A stretch of DNA of 64,000 bases from a virus: positions 96,001-160,000 of the IMG/VR virus record IMGVR_UViG_3300045747_000527; one strand, given 5' to 3'. This document shows, piece by piece, positions 1 through 10,900 of this stretch. The position numbers were made by a program, and so were the translations under genes. The notes under the pieces are model-generated. The model was not told the DNA's origin, searched no databases, and worked only from the letters and a program-made list of their open reading frames with translations. The stretch's first letter is position 1, and every line of letters starts with the position of its first letter.

Positions 1-321
1 GAACGTCTCTCCCATCACGTCAAACGCATTGGGGAGAGTGAGCACAGGGCTGATGACTGAAATTTGCTGGGGACTCTTGCTGCTGTCACCCAAAGACCCA
101 TCGAAGGCTACCCCCGGCTTTGACATCCGAATGGTGTACGGAATCGGCGGCGTGTCTCCAGCCAGTGTCACATCCGCCACAGCGTCCGGGCCCACCGCCG
201 CAGTTACCTGCTGGGTGACCAGCGAGGTGCCCGTGATGTCAAACACGCGCACCAGCACGCCCACCAGTGGCAGGTTGTTTTCATCTACAGCATAGATCTT
301 AACTGTTTCTGGGGACGACAT
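1..321 (-). CDS. Partial CDS (runs off window start), beta-sandwich/carboxypeptidase-regulatory-like virion protein
   Basis: Hand translation from ATG at 321: MSSPETVKIYAVDENNLPLVGVLVRVFD..., open to base 1; not in the ORF track because it has no stop in the window. Confidence 0.6.
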   Translation of the reverse strand, partial: MSSPETVKIYAVDENNLPLVGVLVRVFDITGTSLVTQQVTAAVGPDAVADVTLAGDTPPIPYTIRMSKPGVAFDGSLGDSSKSPQQISVISPVLTLPNAFDVMGETF

Positions 322-775
322 GACCTACCTTCTCAAAGCCAAGGCTCTCCGCCAGCGGACGGACCTTCTTGTCAAACCTCTCCAGCTTTTCAGCCGGCGA
401 TAAAGAGTATCCGCTCTTCTTTCCGCGAAGTCCACGCCTGCTGATGAGCTGCACCGTGGTTGCTACCCTGCCTGGGTCCACCAGCAACTTGCGCTCCGCT
501 GCCCGCATCAGCTCAGGATTGGCATGCATGGCGTCGATCACAGTGGGCTTGCCAGACTTCTCAGCATCCTGCATGGCACGACCCCAATCGATCTTTACAC
601 GGTCAGCCTGCCTCTCAGACGGTACTGCGTAGTCGTCTGAGTGGATGACGTGGAACTTGTCCGCGGGAAAATGCTTGCGGACGTAAGTGGTCTTACCAGA
701 GCCGGAGGCACCCGTTACGTACGCGTGGACCGCGGCGACCTTCTCGTATGGAACCAGCTGCCCAACCCTGGACAT
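299..775 (-). CDS. Small P-loop NTPase/kinase-like protein
   Basis: Walker A GASGSGKT after a hydrophobic strand, followed by HSDDY. Confidence 0.7.
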   Translation of the reverse strand: MSRVGQLVPYEKVAAVHAYVTGASGSGKTTYVRKHFPADKFHVIHSDDYAVPSERQADRVKIDWGRAMQDAEKSGKPTVIDAMHANPELMRAAERKLLVDPGRVATTVQLISRRGLRGKKSGYSLSPAEKLERFDKKVRPLAESLGFEKVGHVVPRNS

Positions 776-783
776 ACGCAGCC

Positions 784-1347
784 CTAGTCTGAGTGGTCTT
801 TATACGGATCGTTCTTCGGGGAGAACATCTCCTCGTACCGCTGCATACGCCCAGGAATCTTCCCCACGTCGTTGACCGCGTCGAAGGCGAGAATAGGGTT
901 AACCTTTCTCAAAAGGTAATCCGTCACGGCCCCCGACAGCTTGGTCTTTGCGGAACCCACCTTGCCAAGCATCCCACCGTGAGCGACCGGTCCCAGCATC
1001 TTGGGGTGCGGCTTGGAGAAGTGCTCTCCCGCGGTCCCGCCGATGATGCCCCCCATACCTACTGGGGCGCTGTCTACGAGAGCCTTTACCAGCTGATGCC
1101 GCTTCATCCACGGGCTATTGTCCGTGAACTTCTTGACAAGGTGGCTGCCTGCCATACCCGCGCCGAGACCTGCGGTAGCCCCGAGACCTGCAGTAGCCGC
1201 ACCCCTCAGGCCACCATGGTGGGCGCCCATGAGTACCGCGGCTGGAATGCCGATGGCCTCCATGGCAGTAGCTGTGTCGAAGCCAATCTTCTCGAACTCA
1301 TCGAGAAAGGCCGCAATCGTCGCTGTCTTTTGAGATTCAGTCGGCAT
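784..1347 (-). CDS. Gly/Ala-rich hypothetical protein with N-terminal AFLDEFEKIG motif
   Basis: 187 aa ORF in the co-oriented gene string; motif shared with 23429-23677 and 23674-23931. Confidence 0.7.
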   Translation of the reverse strand: MPTESQKTATIAAFLDEFEKIGFDTATAMEAIGIPAAVLMGAHHGGLRGAATAGLGATAGLGAGMAGSHLVKKFTDNSPWMKRHQLVKALVDSAPVGMGGIIGGTAGEHFSKPHPKMLGPVAHGGMLGKVGSAKTKLSGAVTDYLLRKVNPILAFDAVNDVGKIPGRMQRYEEMFSPKNDPYKDHSD

Positions 1348-1367
1348 GACCCGAATCCTAACACGGC

Positions 1368-2288
1368 CTACGAGTGCCGTACAGCAGCAGGAAGGTCTGG
1401 CAGCTGGATACCAAAGGGGTCATCCACCTGCAAACGTGCGTCCAGCAGGTCAAACGAATCCCCCACGGTGGGGACCTGGATACGTCTGATGAGAGACGTG
1501 CCCTTGATGATGACGTCCACCAAAGATCCTCGGACCAAGCTCACCGTAACTACACCTGATGAGTCAGCCCTTGCCGTAATACTCGCCCCCGCCATGAAAT
1601 ATGCATCTGTGATCAGCGGACTCATGCAGTTGACCACTGTGACTTCCGCCCCCTCCAACGCCAGACCGTCCAGAGTTGCGAGTCGTGCGGTTCCCTCGAT
1701 GAGCGACGACTGCTGCACAGCAGTAGCCCCGGACCCCAGGAACCACGCCTGCCAGGCGTCTGTCTCGCCAGTAGAGGAGTTCACGTACCTGACCCGGTAC
1801 CAGCCGTTTTGGTACGGGTACGTGTGATCTACGAACGAGTAGGACTCCACACCAGGGAGCAAGTAGACGTTGTGATCTAACCCGAAGGCAGCTTGGCTTA
1901 TCGTGAAGCCTAGGAGGGCATTTGCTGTTCCGCTCTGCACCAACAGACGCTCATCCATGCCCGTCTTGTCCGTGGAGATCTTTAGCCTGCCGCTCACACT
2001 GGTGACCGCTATGGACGTGTACTCTCTGAGCTCACGCAAAATACTGACGATGGTCATGGGGTTGGGCCCCACAAACACGTGATGAATTCCCACCCCGGAT
2101 ACGTCTAGATTCAGAGCCGTGCCAGCCAGATGCGTAAACACCGTACCAGTGCCTACGAGCGTGGCTCCCTGAGCTGAAAGACCCGTCAACGAGGCGGCAT
2201 CCGCGTAAGGAGGACCCGCCACGGACTTCTGTACCTCTAGTTCGTCGAAGTACCTAAGAACGCTGTCAACGTCAGGAACGTCCATCAC
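1368..2288 (-). CDS. Hypothetical virion structural protein (beta-rich)
   Basis: 306 aa; start abuts the upstream stop at 2288; beta-strand-rich composition. Confidence 0.65.
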   Translation of the reverse strand: MMDVPDVDSVLRYFDELEVQKSVAGPPYADAASLTGLSAQGATLVGTGTVFTHLAGTALNLDVSGVGIHHVFVGPNPMTIVSILRELREYTSIAVTSVSGRLKISTDKTGMDERLLVQSGTANALLGFTISQAAFGLDHNVYLLPGVESYSFVDHTYPYQNGWYRVRYVNSSTGETDAWQAWFLGSGATAVQQSSLIEGTARLATLDGLALEGAEVTVVNCMSPLITDAYFMAGASITARADSSGVVTVSLVRGSLVDVIIKGTSLIRRIQVPTVGDSFDLLDARLQVDDPFGIQLPDLPAAVRHS

Positions 2289-2647
2289 TATCCTCCAGAG
2301 ATCGAAACTCCCATGATGGGAGTCAGATCAGAGCCTCCGGCCTTCTCTACGATAGCCTGCCCCGCCGAAACAAGTTGACGCCGAACCTCACCCAGAGCCG
2401 CCTTACTCCTCTGAGCAACCAGACAGGTAGCAGCTACTCGCTCTTGCGGCTTCTTGCTACGAAGCCCCATCTGCAGCTGTGCCGCTTCCTCGATCTGCCA
2501 CTTAGCGCAGAAGCCATGCAGCACCAGCACCTCACCAAACGTCAAGGCATCCTCTGCGCTGTGTTGGTACTCCATCGCAGCGTACCTCTGCGCATCGGTG
2601 AGGTACCCGAGCGTAACTAAGATCTCCCCTATCGTCGTGTCGCTCAT
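2288..2647 (-). CDS. Stand-alone MshEN-like (T2SSE_N-type) tandem-motif protein
   Basis: Two 24-aa motifs TIGEILVTLGYLTDAQRYAAMEYQ and TFGEVLVLHGFCAKWQIEEAAQLQ resemble RLGxxLLxxGLIxxxxLxxxLxxQ. Confidence 0.7.
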   Translation of the reverse strand: MSDTTIGEILVTLGYLTDAQRYAAMEYQHSAEDALTFGEVLVLHGFCAKWQIEEAAQLQMGLRSKKPQERVAATCLVAQRSKAALGEVRRQLVSAGQAIVEKAGGSDLTPIMGVSISGG

Positions 2648-2931
2648 CCTAACCTCCGCTCAACAGGCACAATCAACGGGGTATTTAGCCGACGGTCTAC
2701 GCTGTCCAGAACACGCGTCAGCGTCTCCAGGGACGCAGTGTTGTCCCTGTCTGCTCTGATAGATGCGGCGCTTAACTCCAACAGCCGGTCTAAGCTCTTC
2801 ATGTGCGCCTCGCGCTCTTTGAGATGCGCCTTCCTCTCCAAAAGGTACAGGGTCAACGATAACGCGGCAATAAGATACCCTGCGCCGTACTGCGCAGAAC
2901 TCTTCAACAGCATCTCCACTACCGCTTCCAC
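2644..2931 (-). CDS. Small membrane protein, one TM segment plus coiled coil (holin/BhlA-like)
   Basis: Hydrophobic YGAGYLIAALSLTLYLL then a helical charged tail; ATGA overlap with the next gene. Confidence 0.55.
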   Translation of the reverse strand: MEAVVEMLLKSSAQYGAGYLIAALSLTLYLLERKAHLKEREAHMKSLDRLLELSAASIRADRDNTASLETLTRVLDSVDRRLNTPLIVPVERRLG

Positions 2932-2981
2932 GAAGACCTACCCAAAGAGTACCACCTAAACAGGCACGAACTCAACGTAAG

Positions 2982-4778
2982 CTACAAGATGTACGCAGCT
3001 GTAGGGCGGCGAACGACAAGTGCGATATACTCGCCCCACAACCCTGGCTGATCGAGCATTCCGACATCCCACTTCACCCGTTCCCAGCCCTCGAAGGCTT
3101 TGGCGAATAGGTCCTCCGTGAGGGTGTGCGGGTGGCCGGGCATCTTTGCGGTGTTACGCCACTCGAAAATCCTGACAAGCCGAGCCGCTAGTCCAGCCTT
3201 ACGCAAAATCGACGCAGGGTCTTCGGTATGCTGAAGGCAGTTGTAGATCCAGCACTCGTCCACGTCAACGGTATGTAGATCAGCCACCTCAGCCTTCTGA
3301 TTCATAAAGGCTACACCAGCAGACCTGTACCGCTGCAATGTCTGCTTCGACACGGGCAGTGGATCGACGCCTACCGCGGGGGCGCCATGCCTGTCCGCAC
3401 GTAGAAGCATGGAAGTTGGCCCACACCCGATGTCCAGAACGGTAGTGGGTTTGCCTAGGTCTAGGTCATCTGGCAAACCCATGAGCCGCGCGTAAGTCTC
3501 CTGCTTGCGTACTTCCTCATTCCACCGCTCGTTGGGTTCGAGCCCCCACCAATTGCGCTCGAACTCGGACGCCTCTTCCCACTCTGTTTTGGTCACAGGT
3601 ACAGGCGGAACTTCAAGTGGCCGAGTTAGATCTAAAGGCTCGTGAACACCCTCTGGGTAAACACGACGTCGGCAATCAAGCTGTGTGCGATTGGGATTCT
3701 CCGTGTACCAGCCGGCACCGTTGAGGTTCATCAGACGCTGGAAGTACTCCTCGTACATCAGAGCCACCCGGTCGAGAGAATAATTAGCTAAAGCCCAGTC
3801 ACGACACGCCTTGCGTGAAAGCTTCCCGATATTCTGGGCTGCCCACACAAACTCCTCCATAGTCCGACCAAGATAACCTGTAACACCGTGGACGACCGTC
3901 TCCGGGAAAACACCAAAGTCAGTGGCGATGACCGGCGTTCCAGACATTTGCGCCTCGATATTCACCCCACCGAAAGGCTCGATGTACCACGTAGGGCAAA
4001 GTAACGCCTTCGCGCCGGCCATCAGTTCCTTGCGCTCCTCTACGCCTACGGGAGGGATATACTCAACATGCGAGCCGACCGCGAGGAACGGCGTAGGGTC
4101 ACCCTGTCCCACGATCTTAATCTTCATGCCCACGCGCTTGGCCACATCGCAAGCTACCCCTACGCCCTTGTCTTCGTTCAGTCGCCCAACGAAGAGCAGG
4201 TAGTCTCCAGGTGTCTCTCGGTACTCAAACATATCTGGATCAAACGCATTCGGGATCACAGCGTCGAGCCAGCACTGACCCCCAAACTTGTTCTCCTTGC
4301 CATAAAGCATGTGCGCCCAGGCGTGAGACTCGAAAACACGATACTTCGCCCAGGTATGCGGATATCCGATCCCTGACTCCACCACAAACTGGGGGAGGTC
4401 TTGGACAGCAACTTGTTGCGCCCCTCCCCAGGTCACGCAGATGATCGCCGAGTTGGATTCCGGCGTGCGCTTCAGAATCTCGGCCCGCATGTTGGCCGAG
4501 AATTCATCCATGAACTCTTTGAAGCCAGGGGCCTGCGTTTCGAGGTTGTAGAAGTCGGTATTCTTGGCCCCGCCATACAGGGCCTCCCACCGCTCGGACG
4601 ACATGACCGAAACGTGTTCCGCGCATTCCGGCGTGCTGCCCTCGTTGCCAAGGTGGATGACCTCGTGCCCCCTGCGGTGAAGCATCTTGCACAGGTGGTA
4701 TGCCTTCATCGTGAAAGCGCACGTTGTGAATTCCAGACTGGTTCGAGTGTGCGGCAATCCTAGGACGAAAATCTTCAT
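2982..4778 (-). CDS. Family 4 (GT-B) glycosyltransferase fused to class I SAM-dependent methyltransferase
   Basis: GT4 motif EPFGGVNIEAQMSGTPVI; SAM motif VLDIGCGP; start moved to MKIFVLG (4778), downstream of a GAAAGGAA RBS. Confidence 0.85.
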   Translation of the reverse strand: MKIFVLGLPHTRTSLEFTTCAFTMKAYHLCKMLHRRGHEVIHLGNEGSTPECAEHVSVMSSERWEALYGGAKNTDFYNLETQAPGFKEFMDEFSANMRAEILKRTPESNSAIICVTWGGAQQVAVQDLPQFVVESGIGYPHTWAKYRVFESHAWAHMLYGKENKFGGQCWLDAVIPNAFDPDMFEYRETPGDYLLFVGRLNEDKGVGVACDVAKRVGMKIKIVGQGDPTPFLAVGSHVEYIPPVGVEERKELMAGAKALLCPTWYIEPFGGVNIEAQMSGTPVIATDFGVFPETVVHGVTGYLGRTMEEFVWAAQNIGKLSRKACRDWALANYSLDRVALMYEEYFQRLMNLNGAGWYTENPNRTQLDCRRRVYPEGVHEPLDLTRPLEVPPVPVTKTEWEEASEFERNWWGLEPNERWNEEVRKQETYARLMGLPDDLDLGKPTTVLDIGCGPTSMLLRADRHGAPAVGVDPLPVSKQTLQRYRSAGVAFMNQKAEVADLHTVDVDECWIYNCLQHTEDPASILRKAGLAARLVRIFEWRNTAKMPGHPHTLTEDLFAKAFEGWERVKWDVGMLDQPGLWGEYIALVVRRPTAAYIL

Positions 4779-4807
4779 GCTTGGATGTTTCCTTTCAGGA
4801 CATGCTG

Positions 4808-7800
4808 TCAACGGCACATCATAAGCCAGAACCCGGCTGGTGTTGCGGCGGGCGGAGCCGCAGATTGCATATTGTACGCCTCAAACTCGGCGAGGCCCAC
4901 GCCGCTGGTCAGTGCGCTGACGGCGGTGACGGTCAATCGAATCCAGGTCACCGTGCGGGCCGAGAAATCGAACACGCAGGACCGCGCTTGGTTGTCGATT
5001 GCGGGGATGTAAAACGGAGCAGACCCGTCGCTGAACGTGATGGTCGCGCCTTGCATCCAGTCGTTGGGATTTCCGCGATCCCACAGCACGATCCGATTGA
5101 TGGTTTGTGCGCTCCCCCAGGTCAGTTGAATCCACTCGCCAATACCACCCGAAGATGCCCATTCGTTAGTTCCTGCTCCGTAGGGATACCAGGCGAAAAC
5201 ATTGTCAATCGCTGCGGATGCCGGGTTTGCTGCGGTCGATGATGTTGCGGTTGCAGTTAGGGCGAGGTCTGGGGCGCCGAGGCTGTACGCCTCAAATTCC
5301 ATCAGGCCGACGGCGGTGGCACCGGCCGCAGCGGTCGATACGGTGAACTGCACCCACGTCACCGTGCGAGCGGCAGCGAGCGTGATCACGTTCGGCAACA
5401 TCGAGACGTTGCCGCCCGTGGCAGAGAACGCGGTGAAAGTCGGCACAGCTACGTTGCTACCGGCATCACTGAATGAGAGGGAGCCTGCTGTGATCAATTG
5501 CGCCGCTGCCGCGCGCCCGAAAAGGACCAATCGATCGATGGTCTGAGGGGTGGCCCACGTCAGCCGAATCCATGCGCCCGCACCTTCGGTAGAAACCCAC
5601 TCGTTCGCGGCACCCGTCGGGCCAGCGGTCCCGTCAATCACGCCATCGACCGCGCGCGCGGCGGTGGTGCTCCCGGTGCTCACCGTGACAGTGGCCTGCG
5701 GGGCGAGGTCAATCGCGCGCGGGTTGTTGAGATAGACGAGAGCCGTATCCGCCGCGCTCCACGTGGCACCAGAATCGTCGGAAACTCTTAGCTCGAAAAC
5801 AAGTTCTTGGGCGAGCCATCCCGCAGTGGTCGCCGCTGTGGATGGAGCCGTGAATGTTGGGCTGGCCACGGTCGCGCTGGAAAGCGTAGCCGTCGGACCT
5901 GCGATTTGCTGCCACCAGTACGAGATAGATCCGCCGCCCGGCTTGTGACTTCCGGATCCGTCGAGCGTAACCGTCGTGCCCTGAACGGCATCCTGGACTG
6001 AACCCGCCCGAGCCACCGGGGGATTGGCAGCGCCGAGTGGACGTGATGCCCAAAAGACCTCGTCCGCGTGAAGGAAAAGACTGAGGAACGGATCGGTGCC
6101 CCCGCCTTGTGTGGAGTGCGCGGCCAGCGAAGTGAATTTCGTGTTTGGAAGAGCCGCGTATCCAGCATTACTCAGGGGCAGCCGCATCGACGGCAGCACG
6201 TCGATCCTGAAGCTATCATTCCACACAAGATCCGTCGAGCCTAGGTGCGCGGGCGCTGTCTGGTAGGTCAGCGGATTTGTGGCCAGGGGCCATGTGACTG
6301 CGCCGCCTACGGTGTTGTCCCAGACGATTGTTTCGAGCAGTACCGGGTTATAGGTAGGGTTCGTCCCTGCGACAATTGCGAGCGCGTCCGTGACTGCGTT
6401 GAATGTTGCCTTGTGCGACTCGTGCGTGTCCCAATCGCTGGTCGTGAGAATTGTGTCGGGGAGAAATGTTCCGATCACTTCCGCTAGATCGTGAACAAAG
6501 TTGTACCAGTTATACGTCGCATGAACCCCACTGTGCGCGTAAGCGTGCCACTCGGCGCTGCCTAGTCCCCTCGTGCCGTAGGTGTGATTCGTGCTTGTTG
6601 ACGGTGCGGTGTAGGTGTCGCCAGAATTTGGGTAAGTGTCGTGGAGGATTTGTAGGTAGCTGTCGGGGTAGCCCAGGAAAATGCAATGGTCTTCTGCTGT
6701 CCCGAGGTTGGCTTGCGCGGCGACGCCTTCGCCCTGCCTGGTCCCGCCTGCCGCCAGCCCGCCAAAATCCCCGTTGGTCGTAAAAACTACTCGGACCGTG
6801 GAGCCGTCGTTGTTCGCTCTGTAGGTAACACCGGCAAACGCGATTATGTCGTCGTCAGGATGGGGAGAGATCACCATCATGTTGTTGGTGACGAGCGCCG
6901 TATATGTCGATGTCGATGGATTGATCCACGACTGCGCGTTGGTGACTGTGAGTGTGACGGTTCCGAGCCCGGCCGGGGTGTACGTGAACGTGAAGCCTGT
7001 AGCTGCGTTCGCGGGCGTGACAACGCACGTCCCTGTGCCTGGACTTCCGACCGACGGAGTGAAAGCCCCTCCCGCTCCTCCGTCGCTTAGAGTGACAGTC
7101 TCGGACCCGTTGAACGTGTCGGCAACGAGTCCGACTGTGAAGTTCGACGAAGCTACGCCGTTTCCGCCAAAGACAGGCCCCGTTTTGGTGAGCTGTTGGA
7201 ATGGGACAAGAATGTACGTCCACGCAACGTAATTGTCTGCGGATTGGGCCGTCTGTGAAAGCGTCGCCGTGCCGACGGCACCGGCACCCATCCCGTCTCG
7301 ATAGGTCGCGCCGAACGAATAGCCGTTGGCGGTAGAGTTAACGTTGCATTGGGTGCCGTTGATGATGTACGCAGCTGATGCGTCCGACTTGGTGTTAGGG
7401 GTGTTGTTGTCTGCCGTCGCGTACATGCGCAAGAGAACGCGGTCAGGCCCGCCCGACGTTGCAGTGGGTGCCGTCATTGTCGCCGTGGGGGACGCTCCGA
7501 CTACCGTGACGGCGCTCGCCTCGACCTGTGTCGCGGCCCAGGCTCCGGTGGGTGAACGCTCAACAAACCCAACGACGCCCCATGTGAACAAAGAGCCGCT
7601 AACTGTGAACGTGGCAGTGGTGGAGTCCGCATTGCCTGCACCCCACGTCTTTTTGTAGATGGCGAAATGGTGAGTCGTGTCTGGCGACTGATCACCGTTG
7701 GCGTCGAGAAGCGTCCACCCCTGCCCCGTTGGCGGGGTGAACGTGGCAGCGTTCGCGCTCGCGAAGTTAGCAAAGCACACGGCAAACAGCAGATCCCCAC

Positions 7801-7903
7801 TCTGGGGCGTGAAGGCCGCGCCCGCGAGAGTGGAGAAATTGAGCGCCCTGGTTGCCCCAGTGGTTCCCGATACTGTAGCCGTGCGACCCTGCGAAGACGC
7901 CAT
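4808..7903 (-). CDS. Modular fibre/adhesin with PIG-L/LmbE deacetylase, PKD-like and two discoidin-like domains
   Basis: HPDD...TNGD...R..E...LGYPD...D.HESH PIG-L motifs; TVTLDGSGS...YWWQQIAGP PKD-like; duplicated C-terminal module ending GLMEFEAY/GLAEFEAY. Confidence 0.75.
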   Translation of the reverse strand: MASSQGRTATVSGTTGATRALNFSTLAGAAFTPQSGDLLFAVCFANFASANAATFTPPTGQGWTLLDANGDQSPDTTHHFAIYKKTWGAGNADSTTATFTVSGSLFTWGVVGFVERSPTGAWAATQVEASAVTVVGASPTATMTAPTATSGGPDRVLLRMYATADNNTPNTKSDASAAYIINGTQCNVNSTANGYSFGATYRDGMGAGAVGTATLSQTAQSADNYVAWTYILVPFQQLTKTGPVFGGNGVASSNFTVGLVADTFNGSETVTLSDGGAGGAFTPSVGSPGTGTCVVTPANAATGFTFTYTPAGLGTVTLTVTNAQSWINPSTSTYTALVTNNMMVISPHPDDDIIAFAGVTYRANNDGSTVRVVFTTNGDFGGLAAGGTRQGEGVAAQANLGTAEDHCIFLGYPDSYLQILHDTYPNSGDTYTAPSTSTNHTYGTRGLGSAEWHAYAHSGVHATYNWYNFVHDLAEVIGTFLPDTILTTSDWDTHESHKATFNAVTDALAIVAGTNPTYNPVLLETIVWDNTVGGAVTWPLATNPLTYQTAPAHLGSTDLVWNDSFRIDVLPSMRLPLSNAGYAALPNTKFTSLAAHSTQGGGTDPFLSLFLHADEVFWASRPLGAANPPVARAGSVQDAVQGTTVTLDGSGSHKPGGGSISYWWQQIAGPTATLSSATVASPTFTAPSTAATTAGWLAQELVFELRVSDDSGATWSAADTALVYLNNPRAIDLAPQATVTVSTGSTTAARAVDGVIDGTAGPTGAANEWVSTEGAGAWIRLTWATPQTIDRLVLFGRAAAAQLITAGSLSFSDAGSNVAVPTFTAFSATGGNVSMLPNVITLAAARTVTWVQFTVSTAAAGATAVGLMEFEAYSLGAPDLALTATATSSTAANPASAAIDNVFAWYPYGAGTNEWASSGGIGEWIQLTWGSAQTINRIVLWDRGNPNDWMQGATITFSDGSAPFYIPAIDNQARSCVFDFSARTVTWIRLTVTAVSALTSGVGLAEFEAYNMQSAAPPAATPAGFWLMMCR

Positions 7904-10900
7904 TATGCGTTCTGCCCGACGATGAACCCGTCGTAGGTGTTTGTTCCGGTACGAATGAATCCGAACGTATCGCGCTTACTGACCGTTGCGGTTAGGGTCG
8001 GGGCGCTTCCTCCCGCCCATCGCACGGTCGCAAACCATCCTGCGATGGTCGAAACCACGGCGCCCTGGAGAATCTGCACAATGAAACACTGGTTGTTTGT
8101 AGCTCCGGTGACTGTGAATGTGATTGCCGTCCCACTCGCATGCCCCGTGACTAGGTGGATGTTGTGCCCGGTGCAGTCAAGCGCGACGGTCTGAGAACCA
8201 GACGATGGCGTGTATGTTGACCCTGTTTCTGTCGATGTGGCTGGACCCGTTGCGCCTGTTGTTCCGGCTGACCCTGTTGCGCCTGTCACTCCTGCCCCCG
8301 TAGCCCCACTAACTCCGCTCGGACCCGTTGCGCCTGATACTCCAGAAACGCCCGCCCCTGTTGCTCCGCTTACTCCCGCCGATCCTGCCGCACCTGAAGG
8401 GCCAGTTGCCCCACTGACTCCGGCGCCCGTCGCTCCCGTTGTGCCAGCTGCACCCGCCGAGCCAGATGGTCCCGTCGCGCCAGAAACACCGTTTGTACCT
8501 GCGCCAGTTGCACCCGCTGCGCCAGCTGTTCCACTTGGACCTGTGGCACCAGTAACACCACTAACGCCTGTAGTACCTGCGCCAGCTGTTCCACTTGGGC
8601 CTGTAGCTCCCGACACTCCCGACACTCCTACGCCAGTGGCTCCGCTAACACCTGCTGCGCCAGCTGTTCCACTTGGGCCCGTGGCCCCAGTTACACCCGA
8701 GACGCCAGCCCCCGTTGCACCAGTTACGCCCGAGACGCCAGTAGTACCTACGCCAGTAGCTCCGCTTACGCCTGCTGCGCCAGCCGTTCCACTAGGCCCA
8801 GTTGCCCCACTTACACCCGAAACACCGGCTCCTGTAGCTCCAGCATTACCCGCAGGGCCTGTAGCGCCAGTAGCTCCTGTTTGTCCCGAAGCTCCTCCAC
8901 CTGGCCCTGTAGCTCCAACAAAACCAGTAGCTCCTGTTACGCCAGCACCAGTGGCCCCAGTAATACCACTTGGACCTGTGGCCCCACTTACACCCGAAAC
9001 ACCAGTAGTACCTACGCCAGTTGCTCCGCTAACACCATTAGTGCCAGCAGTACCAGATGGGCCTGTGGCCCCTGAAACTCCTGTAGTACCTATGCCAGTA
9101 GCTCCACTTACTCCACTTGGCCCAGTAGCGCCTGCTGCGCCAGCGCCTACCGGAGACAGAAAATAAGATGCGTGCGTATTTCCGTCATGGATAAAGTGAA
9201 CAATACGATTTGCTCCTGATGTGGTTTGGGCGAACACCTTAACCACAATCCGATCAGTAGCAAGCATGGAGGTAGCTGACGTCGTAGTGTACGTCAGGGA
9301 AGAAAATGCAACTGCAAGATCAGCTATAGTAGGAGACGTAACATTGAAAACTTCCGTCTCTACTCCACCCACTGTCCGCGTATACACACGGAAAACGATG
9401 GTCGATGCCCCGACTGCGCTGTCAACGTAACGCCAAAAATTGAACACCCATAGTCCCGCAGGAAGAGCAGTTATCCCCGGATAACCAACATTCGTCGCAT
9501 AGGCTTCGATCAGTACCTGACCTGTACCGCTGTTGACTGTTGCAGTATCGTTGTTCTCAGTGCTGGATGCAGGAGTTGGTACAAGCTGAAAGTAAGTCGA
9601 GATACTAGAAGCTGCATCTTGAAACCAAATGTTTGTTCCTGGGCTTCCCGCAGCACCTGTTGGACCTGTCGCACCCGAAACTCCACCTGTGCCCGCTGAC
9701 CCGCTTGGGCCGGTTGCCCCCGAAACACCCGCTGACCCCGCAGAGCCGGATGGACCGGTAGCTCCAGTCACGCCTACGCCGGTCGCCCCGCTCACACCCG
9801 CCGTACCAGCAGAACCTGACGGCCCAGTGGCTCCTGTGGCACCTGAAACCCCCACAGTGCCAGCACCAGTTGCCCCGGTAACTCCTGCCGTGCCTGCCGT
9901 TCCGGAGGGTCCAGTTGCGCCGGATACGCCGCCTGTACCTGCCGATCCACTGGGACCTGTGGCCCCCGAGACGCCCACACCGGTTGCCCCACTTACTCCT
10001 GCAGTACCGGCAGTGCCGCTAGGTCCAGTAGCCCCTACAGAACCAATCCCTGTAGGTCCTGTCGTGCCCAGATCTCCGGTTCTCTCGTAACAAAGAGTTA
10101 CGCCAGCATTGTTCGTAAATGGTGAAGACGCTGAGCTCCCTACATTCGTTACCGTGATGTTCTTGTAGCCCGCGGGGCTAGCCACAGACGCTACGGTAAA
10201 CAACAACCAGTTGGCTAAGTTGTTAGTCTGCACAAGGCGTATGTGGCCTTTGACGGTGCTGGATGAATCCGCCAGAGTCGCAAGAACGGCAGCCCATGAC
10301 GTCGAGCTGAGATCAGTATTTGAGGCTCTGATAACGGTGGACGCGTTCTCTGTAGCACTGCTCAACCGCAGAAATCCCGCCCCTGGATCAGCGTCAGTAG
10401 TCGTTGTTGAGAAGGTGTAATTGATCGTCACCCCGCCGCCAAACCCTCCAACTGCACCTGTAGCGCCGGAAGTGCCTGTAGCGCCGCTCACTCCCTGAGC
10501 CCCGCCCCCGCCTGACGGCCCCGTTGCTCCGGTAACTCCCACCGTACCGGCACCTCCGGACGGACCTGTCGCTCCAGACACTCCCGCTGTACCTGCTGTG
10601 CCGCTAGGTCCAGTAGCCCCAGATACACCGGCAGAACCAGCCAACCCACTGGGTCCCGTTGCCCCCGAGACCCCAGCGCCCGTCGCACCGGATACGCCAG
10701 TAGCTCCAACAACACCCGAAGGACCCGTCGCACCCGAAACTCCACCACCTGGACCAGTGGCTCCGACAAACCCAGTTGCCCCAGTAACTCCGGCCCCCGT
10801 TGCCCCTACGCTGCCACTTGGGCCCGTAGCTCCAGACGCGCCAGTTACCCCGGCCCCTGTCGCACCAGTTACCCCGGCTCCTCCGGCTGAACCACTCGGC

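Noticed and set aside
793-1827. 344-aa plus-strand ORF, and similar antisense ORFs such as 35353-36057 and 50795-51277
   Set aside because: They lie opposite better-supported genes and read as typical GC-rich antisense frames
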